Notes under the pieces: model-generated
What the model was told of the DNA's origin: nothing
Database searches by the model: none
The model's input: only the letters and a program-made list of their open reading frames with translations
From: Anthoceros angustus
Taxonomy: Eukaryota; Plantae; Anthocerotophyta
Direction of reading: 5' to 3'
Length of the DNA: 64,000 bases
NCBI GenBank assembly: GCA_010909165.1
Contig: MU008154.1
Span: 1,291,478 to 1,355,477 of the forward strand
Part shown: positions 1 through 11,900 of the stretch, piece by piece
How the letters are laid out: every line of letters starts with the position of its first letter
Numbering within the stretch: position 1 is the first letter of the stretch
Position numbers and translations under genes: made by a program

Positions 1-1496
1 TGGAGGCAATCCAGCAGATTGACTGGTTTTGCCTTACTGAGCTCCTCAGGCGTTGGAAGCTTCTCGGCACATTCTGTTCGACGGACCTCGGAAGGTCGGA
101 AGAGGTGAAAGGAGAAGAAGACGCAGGGATAGCGGCGGATCTCTGTCTGGGCCAGTGCTATCCCCACAGGGCCCAAGGCCCGGGCCTAATAACCTTGTTC
201 GGTGGACGGCGGCGGAGGAGAGGAGCCCGGAGGAGCATGATGCGTACGTAGCAGGCTTGAGATAAGCCACCAAACCACGGGAAGGATAGGGCGAGGACCC
301 CGAAAGGTGGGGAAGGAAGAAACCGGACCCAAGCTGGAGGAGGCCGGTGAGTGAGTTGAGCCCCAGCGGTCGAGGTCCAAGTCGGGGCTTGAGGGGCCGA
401 CACAGTAATAAGGCGGACCAGGTCCGAACCCAGGCAGACGGACCACGAGGTCCGGACTCTAGAAATAAGGCCGACTTGAGATCGGGCCGAGGTCGAGCAG
501 GACCCAGGTCCCGGGTTCGAGGAGGAGAGGAGTCACCGACTTGCTCAGGAGGAGCAGTCCACCGGTGGCCCTACAGAGCAGGGACCTACTCGAAGGCCAG
601 GAGAGGAGGATGTGGTGGTTACCGCGGTTGTCGACCGCCCGAGCCAACCACGGGGTCTTGGGAAGGGGAAGGGGACCCGCCTCGCGGATCATCTGATTGG
701 GTGCGCCGCAACTGTCAGGGCAGGGAGTAGGGTCATTGGCGCCGAGGCGGAACCAAGGGCATCCCCAGGCCTACCGCCGACGACAGAGATAGGTGGGGGG
801 AAGTAAGATGGTAGGCGGCCGATTAGGGCATACTGAGCATGCCATCAGCTCAGAATAGGGGTGTAATAAAGACGCCGACCTTGGGCGTAGTATAAGAGGG
901 CTGAGGCTGCTCTAGTAAAGTATCTTTCTCTTGGTGTGGATACCCCGTTTCTTGCAGACCCTTGTACGTCTTCTTGCTAACGTGAGTCACGGAGTCGAGT
1001 AGGCACGGCTCGGAGGCCTCTGAGTCTGATGACGGACCCTAGCGGTGGTGGTGTGTGCGGGCGAATGATCGTAGACCCTTGCTCGTCGAGCGGCGGACCC
1101 GGCGTTGGACGGGCCGGAGCGTGTGAGCGGAGGGACTTCGGGAGGCGTGTAGGCGGGCGGAGGCGTGGCGGAGCAGCGGAGGAGGTCGGACCACGCACCC
1201 CGCCTTTTCCCAAGAATGATGAGTGTAGCGAGAGTGGTGAGCGGACTAGAAGAACGCAGTGGCGGTTGGGTTGTCTGGACGCTGAACGTAGTCCTTAACG
1301 CGTTGGCGCGCGAGTCTGTTCGGTGGATCGTTACGGTAGTTAGGTCGATAAGCGTGTGTTTGAGTGCGAAGCGGCCGCGGCGTGGTGAGAAAGCGATTGA
1401 AGCGTGTAGCGGAGCCTATCATTCTCTCGGAGGCGGACTCCTTACTATACACGGGATTATGTGCGCCCGACTGGCCGTGCAGCGAAAGTAGCGTCA
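1..1496 (+). repeat. 3' part of a gypsy-family LTR (copy 1), related to the LTRs at 4530-8945 and 14294-18700 but in opposite orientation
   Basis: 841-990 matches the reverse complement of ~4990-5130 (gtgtaataaa..gtataagaggg..tcttggtgt..ctaacgtgagtc). It ends in CA at 1496, followed by PBS-like TGGCGGGAAGG. Confidence 0.7.
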
Positions 1497-1699
1497 TGGC
1501 GGGAAGGTTGGGCCGAGCGAAAAACGACGGAGTTGAGGCAAAAGTGAGCGAGCAGCATAGGGAGGAATCTGAGGCCTCCCTCGTGGCTCTGCGAGATTCC
1601 TCGCTCGACTCCACCGACAACCGCGCAACAGACGGGCCAAGTCGGACAAAGACGCTCAACTACCGATGAGAAGAGGAACCTGGATGCCCGGCCAAGATG

Positions 1700-3200
1700 T
1701 GGAGGAGGCAATCCAGCAGATTGACTCGGATTTTCCTACGCCCGAGCTCCTCAAGGCTGAAGCTTCTCGCACCCGCCACAACTGGACGGACCTCGGAAGG
1801 GTCAAGGAGTGAAAGGAGAAGAAGCACGGGAAAGACTGCCCGCTATCCCCTGTAGCCTGAAGGTTATCCCTCGGGCCCAAGGCCCTGTGGGCCTTGGTGG
1901 CGTGACGACGATGGGAGGTGAGAGGAGCCCCGGGAGGAGCATGATGCGCCAACGTAACCACCTTGAGATAAGCCACCGCAACCCGGCAGGGAAGGATAGG
2001 AGCGAGGGACCCCGAAAGGGGTGGGGAAGGAAGAAACCAACCGGACCCAAGCTAGGAAGGGAGGCCGGTGGAGTGAGGATGGCCCCAATGAGAGGGTCCA
2101 AGGAGCCTGGGGCTTGAGGACCTGACTGTATAAGGGACCTTGAGGTCCGAACCCCAGAGACGAGACCGGACCCTGAGGTCCGGACTCTAGAAATAAGGCC
2201 GACTTCTGAAGATCGGGCCCCGGAGTCGAGACGGACCCGAGGTCCGGGTGAGGAGAGAGGGAGTCACCCGACTTGCTCAGAGGAGGCCCACCGGGTGGCC
2301 CTGGCTGCGCGTGGACCTACTCAAGGCCGAGAGGAGGATGTGGTGGTTACTGCTGTCGACCACGAGCCCAACCCGACAGTGGTCTTGGGAAGGGACCGCC
2401 TCGGATCATCCGATTGGGTGCCTGAACCGCTGGCGGTGGAGTAGCTGGCTACGCGAGGCGGAACCAAGGGCATCCCCAGGCCCACCGACGACAGAGATAG
2501 GTGGGGAAGTAAGATGGTAGGCCGACAGGGCATACCGAGCATGCCATCACGTAATAGGTGTACAAAGACGCCCGACCTTGGGCGTAGTATAAGAGGGCCG
2601 AGGCCGCCTAGTAAAGTATCTTTCTTGGTGTGATACCCCTGCTTCTTGCGTGCACCTTGCATGCCTTCTTGCTAACGTGAGTCCCCGAGTCAATGAGTAG
2701 GCACGACAGCCCGGAGACGATCTAGGTCCCGTGACGACCCTAACGTGTGGTGTGTGTGCAGGGCGAATGATCGAGACCCTTGCTCGTCTGCAGGACCGAC
2801 GCTGGATGACCGAACGCGTGAGCCGAGGGACTTGGAGGGCGTGTAGAGCCCGGACGAGAGGCCCTGCGAACGGGAGGAGGTCCGACCACGCAGGCCACTT
2901 TTCCCAAGAATGATGAGTGTAGCGAGAGTGGTGAGAGGAACGGACCAGAAGAACGAGCATGATCGGGTTGATAATGGACGCCGAACGGTCCTTAAACGCT
3001 TGGCCGCCACGAGCCTGCTTCGGTGGATCGCTACGGGTAGTTAGTCAGAAACGATAAACGCGTGTGTTTGAGTCCAAACGCCACGGGCGTGGGGTGAGAA
3101 ACGATTGAAAACGTGGCAACCCGAGCCTATCATTCTCCTGAGCGACTCCTTACTACAACGACACGGATTGTGGCCTTGGTCAGTCGCGAAAGTCGCCACA
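1700..3200 (+). repeat. Second, tandem copy of the same LTR 3' part
   Basis: ggaggcaatccagcagattgact recurs at ~1 and ~1705 and the two copies are colinear throughout. This copy ends ...aaagtcgccaCA at 3200. Confidence 0.75.
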
Positions 3201-3299
3201 AGACGCCCAAGTCCTTCTTTACACAAAGCACAGTAGCCAAATCACCTCCATTGGAGCCTGTGGTCGCAAGCCACTTTCTCATGCCCAAATGTCTTACCT

Positions 3300-4110
3300 T
3301 CAATGGACGTCGTGGTCCTTCTCGTGGCTTGCCAACACTTTCGACGAGGACAAGGGCTCCTTGTCAATCATAGCTTCTTTTCCTTTGTTGGCAAAGAGCA
3401 GCTCCAAACTTTCTTTGCGGCAGCAGGTAGTGTGGCCTCCCAGGCTCCTGGACAGGGAGTTTTCCTCCAAACATGGAACGGCCATGCCTCCCTGCAGCAA
3501 GCTTCACAGCTGGTGGAGCATCATGAGCTCCATCCGATTCCTCATCTTTCTCACCTCCACCTTTCTCGTCCCCAACATCGTCACTCCCATCTTTACACTT
3601 CCGTTGTTTCTTCTTCATCTGCAGCTTGTCCCAATAAGCTTGCTAGTTCACCCTTTTACCGAGCAGTTTCTCCACCAACACACCAACAACAAGGTTTCGA
3701 GGAACCCTCTATGCGGTGCACAGGCTAGGCCAGCGCTCGTACAATCTATACACCAAGTCATCGATGTTCCTCCATTCTTCCACATACAGTAAATTAGTAG
3801 TCCCCAGAAGGTAGCCATCATTTGCTCCAGGGAGGCCTCCAAAGTACCTGGCCAAAACATTTGACCCACCCACACGTTCCTTAAGACCAATTGCCAAGTT
3901 CTCATCTCACACATTCACACCAATGGCGGATAGATCCTCATCCCCCGAGTGCCAAGGCGCAGCCTGCTCTGCTGAAGAAATGTCCACTTGCAAGGCTGCG
4001 GTCACTCTCTCAGCGCGAAGGGTGGCAACCCTCTATTGCCTCCTTACGTTCCTACTCTCCCTTGGGTGTGATGCTCTCCCACCGATCCTCACCTCGGATC
4101 TTTGCCATAG
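3300..4110 (-). pseudogene. Frameshifted ORF remnant, probably a retroelement accessory protein
   Basis: Pieces MAKIRGEDRWESITPK / KERVGGSNVLARYFGGLPGANDGY / charged tail. Composition and layout resemble the ORF inside the neighbouring LTRs. Confidence 0.35.
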
Positions 4111-4529
4111 CCACCTGGCCTCCTCTAAAGCCACCACAGCATCTCCCCTCTACCACATAGTGCTTCACCCATGGTATCCAGGAAGCAAACCGGCAGCCTC
4201 CAAGCAACCAAGCACACCTTAAGAACCACCACAAACAACCAACCAAACTAAGCACGCGCCCACCACCACTAGCACCCTCCTAGCAAACAAAGACCATGTT
4301 AGAAACAACCTCCAAAATCAAGCAGCCTCCAGTCAATCAAAATCCAACTCCTATGCCCCACGGCCACCTGACAGATCTAAAGCCAGCTACACTTCCGACT
4401 TCCGCCAGCATTAAGCGAAATCTGTACTGAACAATAATCTTGGCCTCCACAGCGCCCGTCCGCAACGTCCGTTGCTGAAAGTCACTTCCCCAAAACACTC
4501 GCTTTGCAAAACCAAAGACCTAAGGCGTA

Positions 4530-7500
4530 GGCGCGACTTTCGGCGATGGCGGTAGCGCACAATCCGTGTCGTTAGGAAGAAGTCCGTTCCCAAAGGGAAT
4601 GATAGGCTCCGTTTACGCGTTTGGTGATTCCTCGCGCTTGGTTGTTCTCAACACACATACTCTAACTACTCACCGTTCCGTCACGGGCCGGTATGGCCAA
4701 GCGTTTAGGACCCGTTCGCGTCGTTCGTCGTCACTCACACATCGATCCTTTCCTCTCTCCCTCGCTACACTCCTCGGTCTTAGAAAAAAAGCGGGTTACA
4801 GTCCGGACCTCCTCGTCGTTCCGGGCCTCTCCGTCCGGGCTCTGCCGCCCTCCGGAGTTCCTCCGGCTCACACGTTCCGGTCCGTTCGGTCTTTGGGCGC
4901 GGCTCGGGGCGAGCACGCGGTCACCACCCACACACACACCGTTGGGTCACGGGACCACGATCAATCTCCCGGGGCCGTGCACCTTTCGGTGACTCGGGAC
5001 TCACGTTAGAAGACACACAAAGGTGCGCAGCAGCGGCATCAACACCAAGAGAAGATGATTTATTGGGCCTTAGCCCTCTTATACTCGAAGGTCGGGCGCC
5101 TTTATTACACCTCTATTACGGTGAGGCCAGCTCGGGGTACCTAACCGCCTACTACCACCTATTCACCTATCGCGTCGGTGGTGGGGTGGGATAGCCCCTC
5201 ATTCCTTCTTGGCACGGCGGCCCGAGCCACAGCCGGTGCGCGCACCAATCGGATGATCGGCGGGCCTTCCTCTTCCAGTGCAGCCATGCGCCACCGTGGC
5301 GGCGCGATCACCACCAAGTCTTCCTCGTCCTCCCTCTTCTCTCTCGGCGGGCCCTGATGGGCCCTCAAGGGTTGGATCTGCTGGGGTTGGTGATGGCTCT
5401 CCCCACTCCCGAGTTTGGACCTCGGGACCTGTCTGACTCGGTCCAGGACCTCTAGGTCAGTCTTCCCTAGTCCGGTCTCCTGGCCCGGCCTTCTTTTCAG
5501 GTCCTCGGGGCCCAGCCTCAGGTCGGTCTTGGACCCAACCCTTCCACAGGGTCCGGACCTCGGGCGGACTCGTCACTGAGTCTGGATCCCTAAGTCGGAC
5601 TTCCTTGAGGCGGACCTCGGGATCGGCCTTTCCTCAGTCAGGACAAAGTCAGGACCCTCGACTCTGGGCATGCCTCCTCGCCCGGGCTAGCCAGGTTCAT
5701 CCAGGCCCTCCCTTGGTTCCCGAATGCCCGGTTGCCCCCTTTCCCCTTCAAGATCCTCCCTCGTCCTTCCATGCGAGGGGTCTTACTTACCTCGGTGTGG
5801 CGCCTTCCTCCTCCGGTTCCTCCCGGCTGCTCTCCTTGCTGCTGCTGCCGTCGTCAAGCAGGCGCTCCTAGGACTCCAGCGGTTGTCTGTCCCGTCGTCC
5901 TCCTCGCTCCTCCCATCCCTTGAGTCCACCCTCTGCCTGGGGTGGCGCGGGACCTCAGCCTTGAGGAGCTCTGCGTGGTAGTAGGCGGTCGGAATCGACT
6001 TGAATCGCCTCCTCCACATGAGCCGGCCGGTACTCCCTCCTCCAGGTGCTCGTGGCAGGCGGGCCGCCCTTTCTTGGCGTCTCCGTGCCAAGCTTACGGT
6101 GGGCGGGCGGACTCCCTTGAGGCCGTCAAGGCTGCCTCAGATTACCTCTTGCAACCTTGGCTGGCTCGTTCTCCTCCTCCCGTCGTTGTTTTGACTCAGC
6201 CATTTCTGCGGGCCATGGGTGAGCTCCCCTCCTTCACCTGGCCGGACGACGGTGTACCTTTCCTCCGTGCCTTCCTCCCTTCTTCTATTCTTTCCGGAGG
6301 TCCTCCACTTCCTTCTCAGGCGGGCGGTATCCCGTCAGGCTCACGGCCCGCCACGTCCAACCTTGCGGCGTCGAACTCCTTGCACTATTCTCCTCGTCTT
6401 CAAGCGGGCTGGGCGTTCCACCTCTCGCTCGAAGTCTTGGATTCTCGTTGAGAACCCCCTGCTCCGTGCATCTTGGGTTGCAACTCCAAGGTGTCCTTGT
6501 TGTCCTCCGGCTCCTGCGCGCCCTTCCTCCTGCAGTGCACCACAGGGTCCCCAATCTCCCGGGTCTTGGCCTCGCCTCCTCACGGCTCGGCCGTGCTTGC
6601 TCCATGACCCTTGCTCGGCCTTGAGTTGGCGGCTCTCTCGGCCGCCTCCCTCCACGGTTCGATCACGCGATAGTGATCGCGATCGGCCCCCGTGGCCTCC
6701 GCCTCCTTGGCCACCTTCACTGAGCCTCTCCGGCTTGGCTCTGGTCGGTCAGGCCTCCGCGAGATCCGCCCGTTCGCTTGCGCCCGGGCGTCCTCGCTTC
6801 TGCTGCGCTCGCCCCTCTGCTGCAGGTCCTCCGCCCGCTTGGGCCTCCTTAGCTGCCTTGTTCCTCCGGTGAAGGAATTTAGTCCGGTCCTTGCGGATGG
6901 ACGGACCTCCCTCTCCGCCTCCGGCGTTTCCTTCCTCAATCCTGCCGAGAGCTTGGCCTTCCTTCTCGCCTCACTGGGCTCCCTCCAGCCTCACGGAGGC
7001 ACCATGCGCCTCGGGTGGCTTCCACCTCCACAGGCCTTCTCGGCCATCCCGCAGACCCCAGGCATACCGTCCATGGCGGTGGCAGGACCGCCGTGTTTCC
7101 TTCCGGCGGCTGGAGTGAGGCTCCCACAAAGTCCGTGGCGGGGCATCTCCAGTCGTCAAGGACCTCCATACCTGATCCGGGCAAGTCTGGGTTCTCGGAC
7201 CAATCGGGACCCTAGGTCTGAGTCACGCTCGAGCTTCCCCTCCTTGGCCCCCGCGAGCTCCTTCTCCCTTTTCTCCAGGGCTCGGCGGAGGTGATGGAGT
7301 CAGGAGCACGCCCTTTGCCCCTTCACATCGGCGGCGGGACCCGGCTCTGGATCAGTGCTGCCCGGTGTCCTCCGCTCCACAGGCGTCCTTTACGCCCTCC
7401 TTCCTTCCTTCTTGCCACTCCGTCGGCGGGGAAGAGTCTTGGCCGGCCCAGGTGCAGCGTTGGTAGTCTCTTCTTCTTGGCTCTCTCACAGTCGGCGGGG

Positions 7501-8945
7501 CTCCTCGGTAGGAGTGATGGCGGTGGGCTGGGGCAGTGCTTCTGTGGTGGCTGGTTGGGGCACGGAAGGAGGCGGGTGCTTCCCATACTTCCACAGGTGG
7601 TGAGGGGTCCGTTCAGGCGTATGGAGTCGGAATCCTCGATCGTCCTCCTCCAGTCCGTTTGGTTTGTCGTGGCCTCCTCCTCCGGCGCCCTTGCCCGCTC
7701 CACTTGGGAGGCCTCAGTCCTTTCCGGGCGCTCGCTCAAGCTCTCCTTCCTTGAGGAGTTCAATGCCCCCCATGGATCGGGTATGGGGGGCCCAGATGGG
7801 GCTTCGCTCCACAGCTTGCGAGCCTCAGCTAAGCCGGCGAAGATAATCCTTCCCAGTCGCCCTCTTCCCCAGCGCAGCGTGCGGGAACACTAATAGATTA
7901 TCACCAAGGTGATCCACCTTGGTAGTAGGTTCGATGGACAATGATCCGGGCCCGCACTCATTGTCAGCTCGGATATCGACCAACCGTTGGTGGTCCGTTC
8001 GTCGAGCCTTAGCATCGGCTGGTGGACCTATCTTCCCCTTCGCCTTGAGGGGCTCGGCTCCCCTCTTCCTCCTTGGGCGGTTGTAGGCGCCTCGGGACCT
8101 CAAGGTCCATCGCCTTGGGTCCTCCGGAGGTTCTTGGACCGCACCTCCTTGTTATTGCCGCCCGGCATCTTGGGCAAACTCCGGACGGGTACCTCAAATG
8201 TCGGACCATTGGAACACATCCAAATGCCACTCCTGCACCAATTCCGCTTCACGGGCGAGCCCAAAGTCCGGATAGCGCGGGTCACAATGTTGCGCTCCAC
8301 AAGGTTCCATGGCTCCCAAACTTCCGGGCTTTTGGGTGCCATCGCCTTCTCCTCCTTGGTTCTTTGTCGCGCTTGTGGCTGCACGCGTTGAGCCTCTTGG
8401 CGCGTTCGCTTCTCGACCTCAGCGGTGAGCGCGCGAGCGTCCGAGCGTCCAGATACGCGGGCCGGGTTGCGGGCGCGAGATCGCGAGTCTCGAGGCTGCT
8501 GCGGCAGCCTTCTTCCCGCGGCGCCCGGGAGTAAGGCGGAGGCGCCTCTTCCTGCGCCGAGCGCGCGGCTTACTCGGCCTCTGTGCCGCGTACTCGGCCT
8601 TACTCGCCGCGTGCTCGGCCCTCTGGCGCGCCGCGGCGTGAATACCTATAACGGCCTGCAGCAGGTTACGGTCTGACCTGCATGCCCGTCCTCCACTCGA
8701 GTCGTCCGCGTGGCGTCTGTCGTCCTCGCTCAACTTCTAAGTTACTTTCCACAGGCGTACTTATCACGCTGGTCACAGGTGGGTCCGGACTTACCCGTGG
8801 CGCCGCCATTAGGTCTAAGTCGTTCCTCACTCGGTCGGGGTATACTCAGTGCGTCAGTGCTGCTTATTTCCTCCTTTTCGCCTCATTTTATCCTTGCTCA
8901 CAAAAAACAAAACCCTACCTAATTTCTAACCCCAAGTCGTCCACA
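4530..8945 (-). repeat. 3' LTR of the gypsy element
   Basis: Begins TGTGGACG on the minus strand at 8945, directly after the PPT. Colinear with 14294-18700. TATAAGAG and AATAAA lie near 5060-5083 on the minus strand. Confidence 0.85.
5780..8342 (-). pseudogene. Long ORF embedded in the 3' LTR (plant-transposon-type N-terminus plus coiled coil), broken by indels
   Basis: ATG at 8342 (MAPKSPEVWEPWNL...), continuing through THLWKYG-like and E/R/A/K-rich coiled-coil segments (KVAKEAEAT..DRDHY) to ~5780. The same peptides occur in the other LTR. Confidence 0.6.
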
Positions 8946-8960
8946 TACTCCCTTCTCTCA
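8946..8960 (-). other. Polypurine tract
   Basis: Minus strand TGAGAGAAGGGAGTA immediately precedes the TG of the 3' LTR. Confidence 0.8.
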
Positions 8961-8999
8961 CTGTTGGCGTCTCGCCAACACTAAGCGTGTACTTTTCAC

Positions 9000-11900
9000 C
9001 CACCCGTTCACCCGAGTGGCGGCGGTTCACCATCCAAGCTGCCGTGAGCGGACCCATTGGGGTATACCGTCGACTTGGTAAGGCCCCATCCATCGTAGGT
9101 GGAGTTTACAGGAAGTGCATATATGTCGTAAAGGAGGCGGATCTCCTCCTTCACATACTCCCGATTCTAAGGCGCCTATCATGCACGGCTTGCGTTGATT
9201 ACATGCATTGCATTGCGCCTCTTCCGGTCCTCCGTATCTTGTACAAACCCTAGCAACGCTCGATTGGCTCTCTTCATCCGTTAAGCGCCTTTCCATCATG
9301 ACGGCCGGAGTGTTGGCACCTCAAACTCGGCGGCACGGGTGAGTGCCCATAGGTCGAATGTCTGAGTTCGTTGCGTGGTTACCTTCTGCCGTTACGAGCG
9401 CCCGCCGCGATGGCGACTTTGTATCGATCGCGCATAGTTAACCGTCGCTTATTGAGGATGCGGCGAGATAAGTCCATTGGTCTTCTCCGTCGATCGTTGG
9501 CCTTGGATTGTAGGGGCGTTTCGATGTGTGATGCGAAATAGTCCGTCATTGCGGTTACATCATTGAGGAAATGGGTTCCCCTATCACCGGTACAGCGGAC
9601 ACCCATACCTTGTGATGATGTTTTCGTAGAATTTGGCCACCGTGCTGAGTCCGTTCTAGCGACTTCAACCCACAGTGCGATGGTCCGTTGCCACCAAGAT
9701 GTACCGTGTGTGTGTCGTTGGGCGTATGGGTCCAGCAGTCGATGCCCATTTCTCAAAAGGCGCTAGTGCTAGTATGGGCACTAACGGCCATTGAGTTGTG
9801 GTCGGCTTCCGATCCGTGACAAGCATCACACTTCTTCAATTGGTGTGTTTCCCCATACATGGTGGGCCACGATTACCCGACCTCAAGATTTTCTTGGTGG
9901 TGACTGCGCATAATGTCCACCACCTAGTCCTTCGTGCATCCCCTTTATTACCACCTCCGTTTCACTTTGTTGGAGTACCTTCGTTCCACCGTCGGCCCTA
10001 CCTTAAAGATGCAGTTATACAAAGGAAAGGCGTGGTGCACAAAGGCTGCCTGACCAGTTCGATTCGTTGGGTAGCTCCATCTCCCATAGGTACGTTCCAA
10101 CTCCGCGTAAGAGGGCCGCCCTGCGTCCGCTCCCTTCTCCGCCGGGTCCGGTCACCGACTTGGGTTTGTCGGTGCTCCTCTACCTCCTCCTCTATCCGCC
10201 ACCAATTCCTCATCGGAAGGCGTCCTCTTGATCCTGCGGGGAGGCTCCGTTTAATGGACAAGAAGTCGGTTTTTGGTCCTTGCCTAGTCTCCACCTCAAA
10301 TGTGAACTCCTGGCAACAGAATCCACCTCGCAATTCGTCCAGGACAAGTCGCCTTGTTCACCAAATGCTTGGTAGTGATCAACATAGAACACAAACTCAT
10401 TGGGCGGAAGGTAGTGTGAATTTCTTAGCGTATACCATCCCAATGCCTCTCGCTCCGTAGTAGTGTACCTCGTTCCGTCGTGAGCTGTCTTCAGCGTAGT
10501 AGATTGGGTGATCCCTCCGTTTATCATCTTTTGGTGAGCACCCGATGGCGGTGACACATCCACGTACACATGGAATCGCTTCCCCGGTCAGGTCCTTTGA
10601 GTCTTGGGGCCGACAGTGGTCGGAGGTCTCTGAATGCCGCCTCCCTTTGGCGTCGGGTCCATTCCTCCTCCTTCTGAGTAGCTCCTTAGCGGAGGCCGCT
10701 TTGCAAAATCTTGTAAGCGCCTATAGTAACCCATGCCCGAGAATCCCGTAACTCCTTCAAGTTCGTTGGTGGGCTGCGGGGTGGATGACTTTCACCTTGT
10801 CTTGGTCCACCTCTATCCCTCTTACCGACACTCGGTGCCCCAACAAGATTCCCTCTGTCATGCGAGTAGCATTTCTCGGGATGCGAGCCGATTGAGTCTC
10901 CTACATCGTTCCAAACACTTGCAAATGTCCCCGTGTTTGTCCTCCTCTCGTGCACAGTCGTCCAAGAACACCTCCATGAAGTCCCTCGGAATTCCGGAAG
11001 ACATTGGTCACCATCCGCATAAATGATCCGGGTGCTCTGTCATCCGAAGGCACTCCGTTTGTAGGCAAGCGTCCCCACTCCGTGGTGAATGTTGTCTTAT
11101 CGGTCGACTCCCTTAGGTTATGGCGGTTGTGGCCGAATGGCCGTCAAGAAGGAGTAGGTACTCCGGCTGCCACCTTGTCCGATTATGTCGTCCACAAAGG
11201 GCATGGGAAATGGTCCTTTTCGTGGCGGCGTTAAGCTTTCTCGATCTGAGACCGAATGCCCTGCTGCTTCTTGACGACCACAATGGGCGCCACCCACTCC
11301 ACACGATTGGGAAGATGATGTCGCTTCCGGATACTTATCCGGGACTTCCTTGACCTTGGCGAGTGCTTGGGATTGATTTATCTTGTGTCCGAGCACCGCT
11401 CACGGCTTCGATCTATCCGGTGTTGCTTGTTTGAATGCCTTTCATATCCGTGACCTTGAAGCAAACACCCTGAATTCCCCAACAAGCGTGAGGTCTCGTT
11501 TAACCCTCGGCATGCCCTTGCGAATTTGAGGAATTTCCACAGGCGAACCTCCACGTCTTCCACATCGTCGGGTTGAGTCTCCCTTTCTCTTCGCTTCGTC
11601 CGAGCCGTCGTCCTCCGGGGTTCATCTTCACGCATTCCCCACTCCGAAAGATCGAGTGAAACGGTTACTTCTCGGTTTCTACTTCCGTCCTCTGCTGGAC
11701 CCTCCTCTTGATTGCCTTCCCGGCTCTTGTCCTGAGTCCACCCTAAAACAATCGATGACCTCCTCACCTCGCTCCAAAGCGTCCCTCCGTAATCCATCTC
11801 CTCTCGACCACGTGATTTTGGGAAAGGGTAGTCCTCATTCGTATCCTCGCGTTCATCGTCCCCTTGTCTTGAGTGTACCCCTACTGGTCTTGTGGTTCTC

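Noticed and set aside
5600-8400. Long plus-strand ORFs in the LTRs (e.g. 6219..6872, and 15712..16740 in the other LTR)
   Set aside because: Low-complexity Ser/Pro/Leu/Arg shadows of the minus-strand ORF in GC-rich DNA, not frame-conserved between the two LTRs.
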